Positions 38,834 through 48,542 of a DNA stretch of 64,000 bases are shown in pieces; position 1 is the first letter of the stretch, and each line of letters starts with the position of its first letter. This DNA comes from an uncultured Verrucomicrobiae bacterium. Its GTDB lineage: Bacteria > Verrucomicrobiota > Verrucomicrobiia > Chthoniobacterales > JAATET01. The stretch is taken from positions 32,001-96,000 of the forward strand of contig CAVRCI010000013.1 in the NCBI GenBank assembly GCA_963719495.1. Reading direction: 5' to 3'. The position numbers and the translations under genes are program-made. The notes beneath the pieces are model-generated. The model had not been told where the DNA came from. It did not search any database and was given only the letters and a program-made list of their open reading frames with translations.

Positions 38834-39290
38834 TTTTCTCACGCAGAGCACCGGAGCCTGGGAAGGCTCGGGGCAGACTGCGTCGGCTCTGCGAGGCAGC
38901 CCGAAGGGCGAGAGGAGCGGGAGCGACCAAGTCAACCGGAGAGGCGCGGAGAATTTCAATCCAGTGGTCCGTGCCGCTTGGCGCGGTTCGCCGGGGAGCA
39001 TTCTGGCAGGCGAAGCCTGCTGATTCCCCCGCGCTGTCATCTTGAGCGAAGCGAAAGATCTCTGACTTTTTCAGCGGTGCGGGTTGCTCGGTCGCGGCGG
39101 GTGTAGAGTGTAAGCCAGAGATTCTTCGGATTACCTCAGAATGACAGGTTGGAGGATTGTGACGGCGGTGCCGTCTGGTGACACCCTCCGTGCGTTGCCT
39201 CGCTCGCTCCCGCTCGTCTCGCCCTTCGGGTCCCGCAGAGCCGGGAGCTGCCCCGGGCCTTCCCAGGCTCCGGTGCTCTGCGTGAGAAAA
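38834..39290. repeat. Nested composite inverted-repeat structure between convergent genes
   Basis: Outer ~90-100 bp imperfect arms (38834-~38925 / ~39204-39290) enclose an inner REP-like pair at 39034-39064 / 39116-39147. Confidence 0.85.
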
Positions 39291-39291
39291 A

Positions 39292-40173
39292 TCACCCCAC
39301 GAACTCGAGCTCGATCGGCTGGGGGATCAATCCCGCCTGGTAGCCTTCGTCGAGGAACTGCCGGATCGCCTTTTTTCCGGCGTCGCCGTAGTCGAGCGTG
39401 TAGTCGTTCACATACATGCCGATAAATTCGTCCGCGAGCGGGTTGTCCATCCCGCGGGCGTGCGCCATGCTGTGTTCCACGGCGACGGCGCGGTTTTCCA
39501 GTCCGTAGCGGATGCTCTCGTGCAGGATCTCGGAGAGCTCGTGCTGAATCTCGGCCGGGATGTCCTTCCGGATCATGTTGCCGCCGAGTGGGAGCGGGAG
39601 GCCAGTGCGGCCCTTCCACCATTCGCCGAGGTCGACGACTTTGTCGAAGCCGTCGCGCGAGTAGGTCAGCTGACCCTCGTGAATGATGACGCCGGCGTCG
39701 ACGGCCCCGCCACGGACGGCGGCAAAAATCTCGTCGAACGGGACGACCTGGTAATTGGTCATTTTCTCGCCGAGGAAGAGCTGGGCGGAGAGGAAGGCGC
39801 TCGTCATCTCGCCGGGAATGGCGATCCGCTTGGTTTTCAGCCATTCGCGGCGCTCGTCGAGGGTCGCGGAATCGTCCGGACCCTGGCCGTGATTCACGAC
39901 GAACATCGGGCCGTAGCCGTCGCCCATCGACGCGCCGCTCGAGAGCAGCGCGTAGCGGTCGAGGACGTAGGCGAGCGAGTGGATCGAGACGGCTGTGATG
40001 TGGAGCTCGCCGCGGGTCGCGCGCTCGTTGAGCGTCTGGATATCCTGGAGGATGTGCTCGAAGCGGTAGCCGCGCAGGTCGATCTTCTCCGCCGCCATGG
40101 CGTAGAACATGAAGGCGTCGTCGGGATCGGGCGAGTGGCCCAAGGTCAGCGGTGTGGATTTCCAATCGGTCAT
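39292..40173 (-). CDS. mqnD: 1,4-dihydroxy-6-naphthoate synthase (futalosine pathway)
   Basis: GHSPDPDDAFMFYA, DIQTLN, SMGDGYGP, IIHEGQLTY, GLPLPLGG, MYVND. Confidence 0.93.
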   Translation of the reverse strand: MTDWKSTPLTLGHSPDPDDAFMFYAMAAEKIDLRGYRFEHILQDIQTLNERATRGELHITAVSIHSLAYVLDRYALLSSGASMGDGYGPMFVVNHGQGPDDSATLDERREWLKTKRIAIPGEMTSAFLSAQLFLGEKMTNYQVVPFDEIFAAVRGGAVDAGVIIHEGQLTYSRDGFDKVVDLGEWWKGRTGLPLPLGGNMIRKDIPAEIQHELSEILHESIRYGLENRAVAVEHSMAHARGMDNPLADEFIGMYVNDYTLDYGDAGKKAIRQFLDEGYQAGLIPQPIELEFVG

Positions 40174-40218
40174 GGTGCGCGTGTTTTCTGACAGGATTTA
40201 CAAGATTTGCAGGATTTT

Positions 40219-41211
40219 TCAGGAAACCCGGCAGATGTCCCGGATGAGATCCGGCCCGTGGTATACGAAACCAGTGTAGATTTGGACGAGATCGGCGCCG
40301 GCTTCGAGGCGCTCGGCGGCGTCCTCGGCGGTCATGATGCCGCCGGAGGCGATGATCGGGAGATCGGTGCGGGCGCGGAGTTCGGCGAAGACGGCTTGGG
40401 ATTTCGCGGTGATCGGCGCGCCGCTCAGGCCGCCGGTTTCGTCGCGGTCGGTTGGGAGGGCGCTGTGGTCGAGGGACGTGTTCGTGGCGACGAAGCCGGA
40501 GATGCCGGGGACGTCGACGAGCGGGTCGAGCTGGCCGGAGTCGAGGTCGGGCGCGAGCTTCACGAAGATTGGCTTGGTCGCGTCGACGGCCCGGAGCGCG
40601 TCCATGATCGCGCGGAGCGAGTCGACGTGCTGAAGGTCGCGGAGGCCGGGCGTGTTCGGCGAACTGACGTTGACGACGAAGTAGTCGCCGAATTCGCCGA
40701 GCGCCTCGAAGCTCTCGCGGTAGTCGGCGGGGGCGTCGGCGAGTTCGGTGACTTTGGACTTCCCGATATTGACGCCGACCGGGACGCCAGGCCAGCGACC
40801 GCTGTCGCGGAGGCGGGCGAGCCGGTCGGCGATGGCGGCGGCTCCGTCGTTGTTGAATCCGAAGCGGTTCACGAGCGCGTCGAGTTCGGGGTAGCGGAAG
40901 AGGCGGGGCTTGGGATTGCCGGGCTGGGGGCGGGCCGTGATGGTGCCGACTTCGATGAAGCCGAAGCCGAGCGCCTCCCACGCGGGGAGCGCGATGGCGT
41001 TTTTGTCCATGCCCGCGGCGAGACCGACGGGGTTGGGAAATTGGATGCCCGCCACTCGGCGGGCGGCCCTCGGGGCGCCGCCGCCGAAGGTCGCGCGGAG
41101 GAGTCCGGGCGTGCGCCCACCCGCCCGGAGGCCGGCGAGCGCGAGGTGGTGGGCGGTCTCGGCGTCGAACCGGAAGAGGATCGGCTTGAGGAGGTCGGCG
41201 TAGAAATTCAT
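40219..41211 (-). CDS. pyrD: Quinone-dependent dihydroorotate dehydrogenase
   Basis: NPVGLAAGMDKN, GNPKPRLFR, NRFGFNNDG, NVSSPNTPGLR, GGLSG; ATGA overlap with the mnmE stop. Confidence 0.96.
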   Translation of the reverse strand: MNFYADLLKPILFRFDAETAHHLALAGLRAGGRTPGLLRATFGGGAPRAARRVAGIQFPNPVGLAAGMDKNAIALPAWEALGFGFIEVGTITARPQPGNPKPRLFRYPELDALVNRFGFNNDGAAAIADRLARLRDSGRWPGVPVGVNIGKSKVTELADAPADYRESFEALGEFGDYFVVNVSSPNTPGLRDLQHVDSLRAIMDALRAVDATKPIFVKLAPDLDSGQLDPLVDVPGISGFVATNTSLDHSALPTDRDETGGLSGAPITAKSQAVFAELRARTDLPIIASGGIMTAEDAAERLEAGADLVQIYTGFVYHGPDLIRDICRVS

Positions 41212-42518
41212 TTCCCGATGCAGAACGAACTGAAGATTTTGCCGAGAATATCCTCCGAATCGACGCGACCGACAACCTCGCCGACGGCTTCGAGGGCGTC
41301 GCGCAGGTCGAGGGAGACGAATTCCGGATCGGTCCCGGCGGTCAGCGCCGCGTCGGCGGCGCCGAGCGAATCCGCCGCCCGCTGGAGGCAAGCCTGGTGC
41401 CGGGCGTTGATCGCGGCGAGCGACCCGCGCTCCCGCTCGGGAGCGACCCGGGCGACGAGCGCGGCGACGAGTCGGTCGATCCCCTCGCCGGTCGCGCAGG
41501 AGATGCGGAGCACGTCGTCGGTCGCCGGGGCGAGGTCGGATTTGTTGAAAACGAGGATCTCGTCCGGCGCGGCGGGCGCGTCGTCGAGGCCTTCGCTCGC
41601 CGCGGCGTCGATCACGCGGAGGACGACGTCGGCTCCGGCGATGGCGCGGCGGGCACGCTCGACGCCCTGGATTTCGATCTCGTCCGCCGTCTCGCGCAAC
41701 CCGGCGGTGTCGACGACGCGAAACGGGATGCCGCGCAGCGCGATGAGCTCTTCGATGGTGTCGCGGGTCGTGCCGGCAGTCGGGCTGACGATGGCTCGTT
41801 CGAATCCGAGGAGGCGGTTGAGCAGGCTGGACTTCCCGGCGTTCGGTCGTCCGCAGATCGCGAGCCGCACCCCTTCGCGGAGGATCCGCCCCTCGTCCGC
41901 CGTCGCGAGGAGTTGCAAAACTTTGGTGCGGCCGTCACGAAGTTTGGTAAGGAGGAGGTCGCCGGTGGCGGGGTCGATGCCTTCTTCGGGGAAGTCGATG
42001 TGGGCTTCGATGTGCGCAATCAGGTCGACGAGGTGATCGCGGATCTCGTGGATGGCGGTGCCGATGCGGCCTTCGAGTTGCTCGGCGGCGGCGCGGGCGG
42101 CGCGGGGGGTTTGGGCGCGGATGAGGTCCATCACGGCTTCGGCCTGCGTGAGGTCGAGCTTGCCGTTCAGAAAGGCGCGCTGCGTGAACTCGCCGGGTCC
42201 GGCGGCGGTCGCCCCGGCTTCGAGCGCGGTTTGCAGCACGCGCGCGGCGACGAGGATGCCGCCATGGCAGGCGATCTCGGCAACGTCTTCGCCGGTGTAA
42301 CTCGCCGGGCCCGCGTAGGTCGTGACGACGACCTGGTCGACGGTCTCGCCGGCGCGGTCGACGATCCGTCCGTAGGTGGCGGTCCGCGGCGACGGGGCGG
42401 TCGGGCTTTTGAAAATGGCCGCGATCACCGCCGACGCGGCGCTCCCCGTGATCCGGATGAGCGCGATCGCGCCTTCGCCGGGGGGCGTGGAGAGCGCGGC
42501 GATCGTGGGTTCGGACAC
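41208..42518 (-). CDS. mnmE: tRNA modification GTPase
   Basis: SYTGED, GEFTQRAFLNGK, GRPNAGKSSLLN, GTTRD, DTAG, C-terminal FCIGK. Confidence 0.97.
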   Translation of the reverse strand: MSEPTIAALSTPPGEGAIALIRITGSAASAVIAAIFKSPTAPSPRTATYGRIVDRAGETVDQVVVTTYAGPASYTGEDVAEIACHGGILVAARVLQTALEAGATAAGPGEFTQRAFLNGKLDLTQAEAVMDLIRAQTPRAARAAAEQLEGRIGTAIHEIRDHLVDLIAHIEAHIDFPEEGIDPATGDLLLTKLRDGRTKVLQLLATADEGRILREGVRLAICGRPNAGKSSLLNRLLGFERAIVSPTAGTTRDTIEELIALRGIPFRVVDTAGLRETADEIEIQGVERARRAIAGADVVLRVIDAAASEGLDDAPAAPDEILVFNKSDLAPATDDVLRISCATGEGIDRLVAALVARVAPERERGSLAAINARHQACLQRAADSLGAADAALTAGTDPEFVSLDLRDALEAVGEVVGRVDSEDILGKIFSSFCIGK

Positions 42519-42533
42519 GCCGACAGGTAACCG

Positions 42534-43454
42534 TCAGCGGAGGGCCGGGCGCAAGTGCTTCCGGCGGACGAGGCCGATTCCGAGGGCGGCGGCGAGCAGA
42601 AGAACCACGGTCCGCGGCTCCGGGACGACGGTCAGCTGGTAACCGTCGGCGGCGAGCAGGGCGTTCACTTGATTGGTGTAGAAGGGGACGGAGGTGTCGT
42701 AGCTCGTGTAGGTCGTGAAGCCGAGGGTGCCGACGGAGCCGAGCGCACCGTGGACCCCGGCGAGCGCGAGGCGGCCGCTTTCGATGAGAAACGTCGGGCT
42801 CCCGGAGTCGCCGCCCTCGACGCGGGCGTCGTTCGCCGCGCCGAAGGGTCGGTAAACGGTCGAGAAGGTGCGGCTGGGGTTAAGCCCGCTGCCGGCCGTC
42901 GCAGGATCACTGCCGAAATCCTGAAAAGCCGTGATCCGGCTCGTGCCGACCTTCGCGGCATTTCCGTAGAGGTAGGCGGTCGAGCCGATCTGCATCGCCT
43001 CGGGCAGACTCGTGATCGACAGAAAATTCACCCGGTCCTCCGGCGCGATCGGAGCGCTCAGCCGACCCAGAAACAGATCCGAAGCCTGCCCCTGCGCGTT
43101 GCCCACGACAGCGCCGCCCTCGACCGTGTAGCTTTTCTTCACGCCCAACGAGTTGACGAAGTCGATCGTGCCGCCGGGGCCAATCCCGAAGTGGGCCGCT
43201 CCGACGAAATGCTGCGGCGTGACCAGCGCGAAACTCTGGCCCGGGTTCGCGGCGTTCCACCCGATCCCGGAGAGATCGAAACCGGCGAGCAGGAAATTTG
43301 GGCTTGGGTTGGCGACCGGCGCCAAGGCGTAACCCGAGGCGAAGCGATTGTGCGTCGCCGCGTCGGGCGTCCGGATCACGAGCGCGTCGGCGGCCCAAGG
43401 AAAACCGACCAGACATCCCGCAAGAACGAATTTTAAGACAGCCTTTGATCGCAC
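42534..43454 (-). CDS. Trypsin-like serine protease with PEP-CTERM sorting signal
   Basis: Signal peptide from GTG 43454; triad motifs GAAHF, SDLFLGRL, GGDSGSP; C-terminal VPEPRTVVLLLAAALGIGLVRRKH. Confidence 0.85.
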   Translation of the reverse strand: MRSKAVLKFVLAGCLVGFPWAADALVIRTPDAATHNRFASGYALAPVANPSPNFLLAGFDLSGIGWNAANPGQSFALVTPQHFVGAAHFGIGPGGTIDFVNSLGVKKSYTVEGGAVVGNAQGQASDLFLGRLSAPIAPEDRVNFLSITSLPEAMQIGSTAYLYGNAAKVGTSRITAFQDFGSDPATAGSGLNPSRTFSTVYRPFGAANDARVEGGDSGSPTFLIESGRLALAGVHGALGSVGTLGFTTYTSYDTSVPFYTNQVNALLAADGYQLTVVPEPRTVVLLLAAALGIGLVRRKHLRPALR

Positions 43455-43572
43455 AACTCGGTTGTGCGTCCGGAGCGGGCCAACGGTGCGGCGGTTTTTT
43501 GCCAGGTGACAAAATCGCCATATCCCGAGGATCGCATTGTCGAGCCGTGCCCGGCGGCGTTTCATCCCTTCC

Positions 43573-45036
43573 ATGCAAGCGCCCACATCGGACGACGCAC
43601 CGCGCACCGCGCAGGAATACATCGACGAGACGCCCCGGTGGCCCGACGGCACCGCCGTCGCGGAGGCCCCAATGACGTCGATGCAGTGGCGGATCTGGGG
43701 ACTCGCCACGGCGGGGAAATTTTTCGAAGGCCTCGTGGTGTTCATGACGGGCGTCGCCCTCCCGTTGATCTCGCTCGAGTTCGGCCTCTCGGCAAGCGAC
43801 AAGGGATTCGTCGGCGCGGCTTCGCTGGCAGGCATTCTGGTCGGAGCCTCGGCGTTGGGCGGCCTCGCGGACCACTTTGGTCGGAAGGCGATGTTCATCG
43901 TCGAGATGGCGATCTTCGTGGTCTTTCTGGTGCTGGTCGCGTTCGCGCCGACGTTCCCATTGCTCGTCATCTGCCTCTTCGGGATGGGCGTCGCGCTGGG
44001 TTGCGATTACCCGACAGCGCACCTCGTGATCTCGGAGAGCATCCCGAGTCAATTCCGCGGTCGCCTCGTGCTCGCGGCGTTTGGATTCCAAGCCGTCGGC
44101 GCGCTCGTCGGCACGGTGGTCGGGTTCCTCATCCTGCACTCGAGCGAATCCCTCGCCGACTGGCGGTTCATGTATGCGACGGCCATTCTCCCCGCGGCGC
44201 TCGTGCTGATCGGTCGATTCTTCGTCTGCAACAGCGGGGCCTGGCTCGTCGCGAAGGGCCGCATCCCCGAGGCGGAACACGAGACCGCCCGCCTCCTGCA
44301 GCGCCTCCCCGCCTACCCGCAGAGCATCCAGCTCCGCGACCCGCACGCCCACGTCGACGCCGCGGATCGCAAGCCGAGTTACCTCCGGCTTTTCAGCAAA
44401 GAAAACCGCCGCGCCACGATCCTGGCGTCCGTCCCGTGGTTCCTTCAGGACCTCGGCACCTACGGCATCGGGATTTTCACGCCGACGATCCTGGCCACCG
44501 CCATCGGCGCTCGCAACGAGCACGAGCGCAACCTCGCCGACGTCATCCACAACGACATGCTCGGCGCCAAGGGCGCGGCGCTCATCGACATCCTGCTCAT
44601 CGTCGGCATCGTCGCGGCGGTCGTCCTCGCGGACCGCGTCGGCCGGATCAAACTCCAGGTCGGCGGTTTCATCGGCTGCGCCGCGGGCCTCTTCATCGCC
44701 GCGCTCTCCGTGCAATTCTCGGGCGCGACCGCGACGGCGCTCATCTTCGTCGGATTCATGCTCTTCAATTTCATGACGAACCTCGGCCCCAACGCCATGA
44801 CCTACCTCCTCGCCGGCGAAGTCTTCCCGACGCGCAATCGCGGCACCGGTGCCGGCTTCGCGGCCTCATTCGCAAAGATCGGCGCGGTCACCACGGCGTT
44901 CCTTTTCCCGATTCTGCTCCACCAGATCGGGACAGCGCCCCTGCTCTACGTCCTCGTCGGCACGTCGCTCCTCGGTGCCTACGTCACGTGGCGCTTCCGG
45001 ATCGAGACGACCGGAGTGAACTTGGAAAAAATCTGA
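43573..45036 (+). CDS. MFS transporter (sugar/phosphate porter-like)
   Basis: GGLADHFGRK, GCDYP, DRVGR, AGEVFPTRNRGTG, ETTGVNLE. Confidence 0.92.
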   Translation: MQAPTSDDAPRTAQEYIDETPRWPDGTAVAEAPMTSMQWRIWGLATAGKFFEGLVVFMTGVALPLISLEFGLSASDKGFVGAASLAGILVGASALGGLADHFGRKAMFIVEMAIFVVFLVLVAFAPTFPLLVICLFGMGVALGCDYPTAHLVISESIPSQFRGRLVLAAFGFQAVGALVGTVVGFLILHSSESLADWRFMYATAILPAALVLIGRFFVCNSGAWLVAKGRIPEAEHETARLLQRLPAYPQSIQLRDPHAHVDAADRKPSYLRLFSKENRRATILASVPWFLQDLGTYGIGIFTPTILATAIGARNEHERNLADVIHNDMLGAKGAALIDILLIVGIVAAVVLADRVGRIKLQVGGFIGCAAGLFIAALSVQFSGATATALIFVGFMLFNFMTNLGPNAMTYLLAGEVFPTRNRGTGAGFAASFAKIGAVTTAFLFPILLHQIGTAPLLYVLVGTSLLGAYVTWRFRIETTGVNLEKI

Positions 45037-45097
45037 CCCGCCCCGCGCGAACGCGCCCGGAATTGCAATTCCCGCCCGCCGCGTGTCTGCTCCCATC

Positions 45098-45841
45098 ATG
45101 AATCCGTCGCTCCCCCCGCTCGTCGCCGTCCTCCTCCTCGTCCCCATGCTCGCGGCTGACGCCCGGCCCCGGCAACTCCGCGGCCGGCCATCCGGATCCT
45201 TCAACGTCGACCGTCAGACCGCCGATGGCGGCTCGATCGACGCGAGCGGATCGCGAGTCGGGCGATTTGGTCAGAGCAACGTCGACATCGACGGAGCCGA
45301 CGGTGGGACCTACGACGCCGACCGCCAGCGCGCAGGACGTTTCAGCTCGTCGAACGTGAGCGCCGAAGGTCCCGACGGAGCCTCCTACGATGCCGACACG
45401 ACCCGGGCCGGACGTTTCCGCTCGGGCAGCGTCGACGCGCAAGGTCCCGACGGCGGCTCCGTCTCGGCCAGCGGCGCGAGCGTCGCGCCCTACCGGGCCG
45501 CCCCCTTCCGCCAGGGCTACGTCTACACCGGCGGCGGCTACCGGGCGGCCAGCATCACGGTAAACACCCTCTACGTCGCTCCCGTCGGCGTCTACGCGGG
45601 CTGGAACGTCTTCGTCAAACCGGTCTACGTCGGTTACCCGGCCTTCGCCACCCTCCCGGTCGAAGTGTCGGTCCAAGTCGAACTGACCGACCGCGGCGAT
45701 TACAACGGCCCCATCGACGGCGACGTCGGCCCGGTCACCGAAGCGGCGATTTCCAAATACCAATCCGAGAACGGCCTCGCCGTCACCGGCACGATCAACC
45801 AGGCCCTCCTCGTGTCGCTCGGGATCTCCGACGCGGCCTGA
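45098..45841 (+). CDS. Secreted protein with 25-aa repeats and C-terminal peptidoglycan-binding domain
   Basis: Signal peptide, GRF...G.DG...A repeats, YNGPIDGDVGPVTEAAISKYQSENGLAVTG (PG_binding_1-like). Confidence 0.85.
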   Translation: MNPSLPPLVAVLLLVPMLAADARPRQLRGRPSGSFNVDRQTADGGSIDASGSRVGRFGQSNVDIDGADGGTYDADRQRAGRFSSSNVSAEGPDGASYDADTTRAGRFRSGSVDAQGPDGGSVSASGASVAPYRAAPFRQGYVYTGGGYRAASITVNTLYVAPVGVYAGWNVFVKPVYVGYPAFATLPVEVSVQVELTDRGDYNGPIDGDVGPVTEAAISKYQSENGLAVTGTINQALLVSLGISDAA

Positions 45842-45878
45842 CTCCCGCCGAGCCCCTCGTCGGATCCGCCCACCGCCC

Positions 45879-47300
45879 GTGCCGCCTTCCGCTCCCGCAC
45901 CCCGCCTCCCGGCCCGCGTCCGCCTGGCCTACGGCGCGGGCGAACTCGGCCCCGCCATGGCCGGGAGCACGATGGTTTTTTTCCAGCTCGTCTTCCTGAC
46001 GAACGTCGCCGGCCTCGGCGCGGGCTACGCGGGCAGCGTCCTGCTCATCGGCAAACTCTGGGACGCTTTCAACGACCCGCTCATCGGTTGGCTCAGCGAC
46101 CGCACGCGGAGCCGTTGGGGCCGACGGCTGCCGTGGATGGCACTCAGCGCGGTGCCGTTCGCGTTGTTTTTCGTCCTGCTCTGGATCGTCCCCGGGTTCG
46201 TCGGCGGCGAGAATCAACTCGCCCTCTTCGCGTATTACACCGTCGTCGCCGTCCTCTACAACACGTGCTACACCGCCCTCGCCCTGCCCCACTCCTCCCT
46301 CACGGCCGAACTCTCGAGCGACTACGACGAGCGCTCCCGCATCACCGGATATCGCATGGCCTTCTCGCTCGGCGGCAGCGTCGGCGGATTGCTCGTCGCC
46401 CAGATCGTCTTCGGCCTCCTCGCGGACGCCAACCCGACCACCCAATACCTCGTCTTCGCGCTCGCCATCGCGGTGATCTCGCTCAGTGCCGTCGCCGCCT
46501 GCGTGGCGGGAATCTCGCGCTGGGTCGTCGCCGCCGACCAGAACCGCGTCGCCCGCGCGCTGCCGGAGCCCGCGCTGTCGGCCGGCGAGCAATTCCGCGT
46601 CATTTTCGCGAATCGCCCCTTCCTCATCGTCTGCGGGATCTACCTCTTCTCGTGGCTCGCGATGCAATTCACCGCCGCGGTCCTACCCCTCTACGTGGTG
46701 AGCGTGATGGGCCTGCCCACCAGCCGCTTCCCCCTTCTCGCCCTCGCCGTCCAAGGCACCGCGCTGCTCCTCATCCCCTTCTGGGGTTGGGTCAGCATCC
46801 GCATTGGCAAAAAACCCGTCTACTTCATCGGCATGCTCTTCTGGCTGGCTGCCCAGGCCGGTCTCGTCTTTCTGCCCATCGGCAGCGAAGCCATTCTCTT
46901 CGCCATGGGCATCGCCGCCGGGGTCGGCATCTCCGTCTGCTACCTCGTTCCCAACGCGATGCTCCCCGACACGATCGAATACGACGAACTCCGCACCGGC
47001 CGCCGCCGCGAAGGCGTTTACTACGGCTTCTTTGTCTTCATGCAAAAACTTGCCCTCGCCCTGGGCACCTTCATCCTGGGCCAGGCGCTCGCCTTCTCCG
47101 GCTACCTCTCCAGCGGCCCCGGCCAGCCCGTCCCCGTCCAGCCCGACAGCGCCCTCACCGCCATCCGCATCGCCATCGGCCCCCTCCCCGCCGCCGCCCT
47201 TCTGGTCGGCATCCTCCTCACCTGGCTCTACCCGATCACGAAAACCCGCCACGCCGAGACCCTCGCCGAACTCGCCCGCCGCCGCGACCCCGCCGCGTAA
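45879..47300 (+). CDS. GPH/MelB-like MFS glycoside transporter
   Basis: WDAFNDPLIGWLSDRTRSRWGRRLPW, LTAELSSDYDERSR, GRRREGVYYG. Confidence 0.93.
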   Translation: MPPSAPAPRLPARVRLAYGAGELGPAMAGSTMVFFQLVFLTNVAGLGAGYAGSVLLIGKLWDAFNDPLIGWLSDRTRSRWGRRLPWMALSAVPFALFFVLLWIVPGFVGGENQLALFAYYTVVAVLYNTCYTALALPHSSLTAELSSDYDERSRITGYRMAFSLGGSVGGLLVAQIVFGLLADANPTTQYLVFALAIAVISLSAVAACVAGISRWVVAADQNRVARALPEPALSAGEQFRVIFANRPFLIVCGIYLFSWLAMQFTAAVLPLYVVSVMGLPTSRFPLLALAVQGTALLLIPFWGWVSIRIGKKPVYFIGMLFWLAAQAGLVFLPIGSEAILFAMGIAAGVGISVCYLVPNAMLPDTIEYDELRTGRRREGVYYGFFVFMQKLALALGTFILGQALAFSGYLSSGPGQPVPVQPDSALTAIRIAIGPLPAAALLVGILLTWLYPITKTRHAETLAELARRRDPAA

Positions 47301-47404
47301 CCGAAAAGAGCCGACCGCTCCGTCCCGCGCACATTTCCCGCGACCCGCGAGCATTCCTCCGTGTCCATCCGACTCCATCCGTGGTTCCGTATTGAATCGC
47401 TACC

Positions 47405-48493
47405 TTGAGCCAACCCACCCGCCTCACCCAGATCCGGCTCGCCGACTTCCGCTGCTTCGAGCGCCTCACCTTCGAGCCCGCCCCCGGCACGAACTTCATC
47501 GTCGGCGCCAACGCCCAGGGCAAGACCGCCATCCTCGAAGCCGTCTGCGTCGCCACCCGCCTGCAATCCCCCCGCACCCACTCGCTCGCCGATTGCGTTC
47601 GCGTCGGCCAACCCGGGTTCGGCCTCACCGCCGACGTCGCCGACACCCACTTGCAGGTCCGCCTCGAACCCCCGAAGCGCACCCTCCGCGTCAACGCCGT
47701 CGACCAACCCCGCCCCGCCGAATACCTGCGAACCGCCCGCGTCGCCTGGTTCTCCAACGACGACCTCGAGATCGTCCGCGGATCCGCCGCCCGCCGCCGC
47801 CGCGCCCTCGACTTTCTCTGCAGCCAACTCGATCCCGGCTACCTTCGCGCCCTCCGCCGCTTCGACCGCGCCCTCCGCTCCCGCAACGCCCTCCTCCGCG
47901 AGCACCGCCCCCGACCCGAGATCGACGCCTTCGATCCCGAACTCATCGAAAATGGCGACCACGTCTCCGCGATCCGCGCCGAAGCCGCCACCGCCCTCGC
48001 TCCCCTCATCGCCACCGCCGTCCACGACATCGGCGGCACCACCGAGACCGTCGTCACCCGCTACGCTCCCGGCACCCCCGCCCCACTCGCCACCGCTCTG
48101 CCCGAATCCCGCGACCGCGAGACCCGACTCCGGCAAACCGTCGTCGGCCCCCACCGCGACGACCTCACCCTCGAACTCAACGGCCTCGACGCGGCCGACT
48201 TCGCCTCCGAAGGCCAGCAACGGACCCTCGCAATCGCCCTCAAGCTCGCTCAAACCCGACTCCTCGTCACCCGCACCGGCGCCACGCCCCTCCTCCTCAT
48301 CGACGACGTCTTCGGCGAACTCGACGTCACCCGCCGCACGAATCTCCTCACCCACCTCCCACCCGACTCCCAACGCCTCATCACCACCACCCACCTCGGC
48401 TGGCTCGACCCCTCCGCCGAAGGCACGATTCACCGTCTCGATCAGCGGGCGCTGACCCTTGATTCCCGCCCGCCATCTGCAGATTCCCCTTGA
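47405..48493 (+). CDS. recF: DNA replication/repair protein RecF
   Basis: GANAQGKTAILEA, VGPHRDDL, ASEGQQR, LLLIDDVFGELD. Confidence 0.95.
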   Translation: MSQPTRLTQIRLADFRCFERLTFEPAPGTNFIVGANAQGKTAILEAVCVATRLQSPRTHSLADCVRVGQPGFGLTADVADTHLQVRLEPPKRTLRVNAVDQPRPAEYLRTARVAWFSNDDLEIVRGSAARRRRALDFLCSQLDPGYLRALRRFDRALRSRNALLREHRPRPEIDAFDPELIENGDHVSAIRAEAATALAPLIATAVHDIGGTTETVVTRYAPGTPAPLATALPESRDRETRLRQTVVGPHRDDLTLELNGLDAADFASEGQQRTLAIALKLAQTRLLVTRTGATPLLLIDDVFGELDVTRRTNLLTHLPPDSQRLITTTHLGWLDPSAEGTIHRLDQRALTLDSRPPSADSP

Positions 48494-48542
48494 GAACCCC
48501 GGTTTTCAGTGGTTGATTAGAGAAAGTTTCCCCGACCAGATT

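Noticed and set aside
47405..48493. recF as a marker of the replication origin
   Set aside because: dnaA, dnaN and gyrB are not adjacent, and I saw no DnaA-box cluster.
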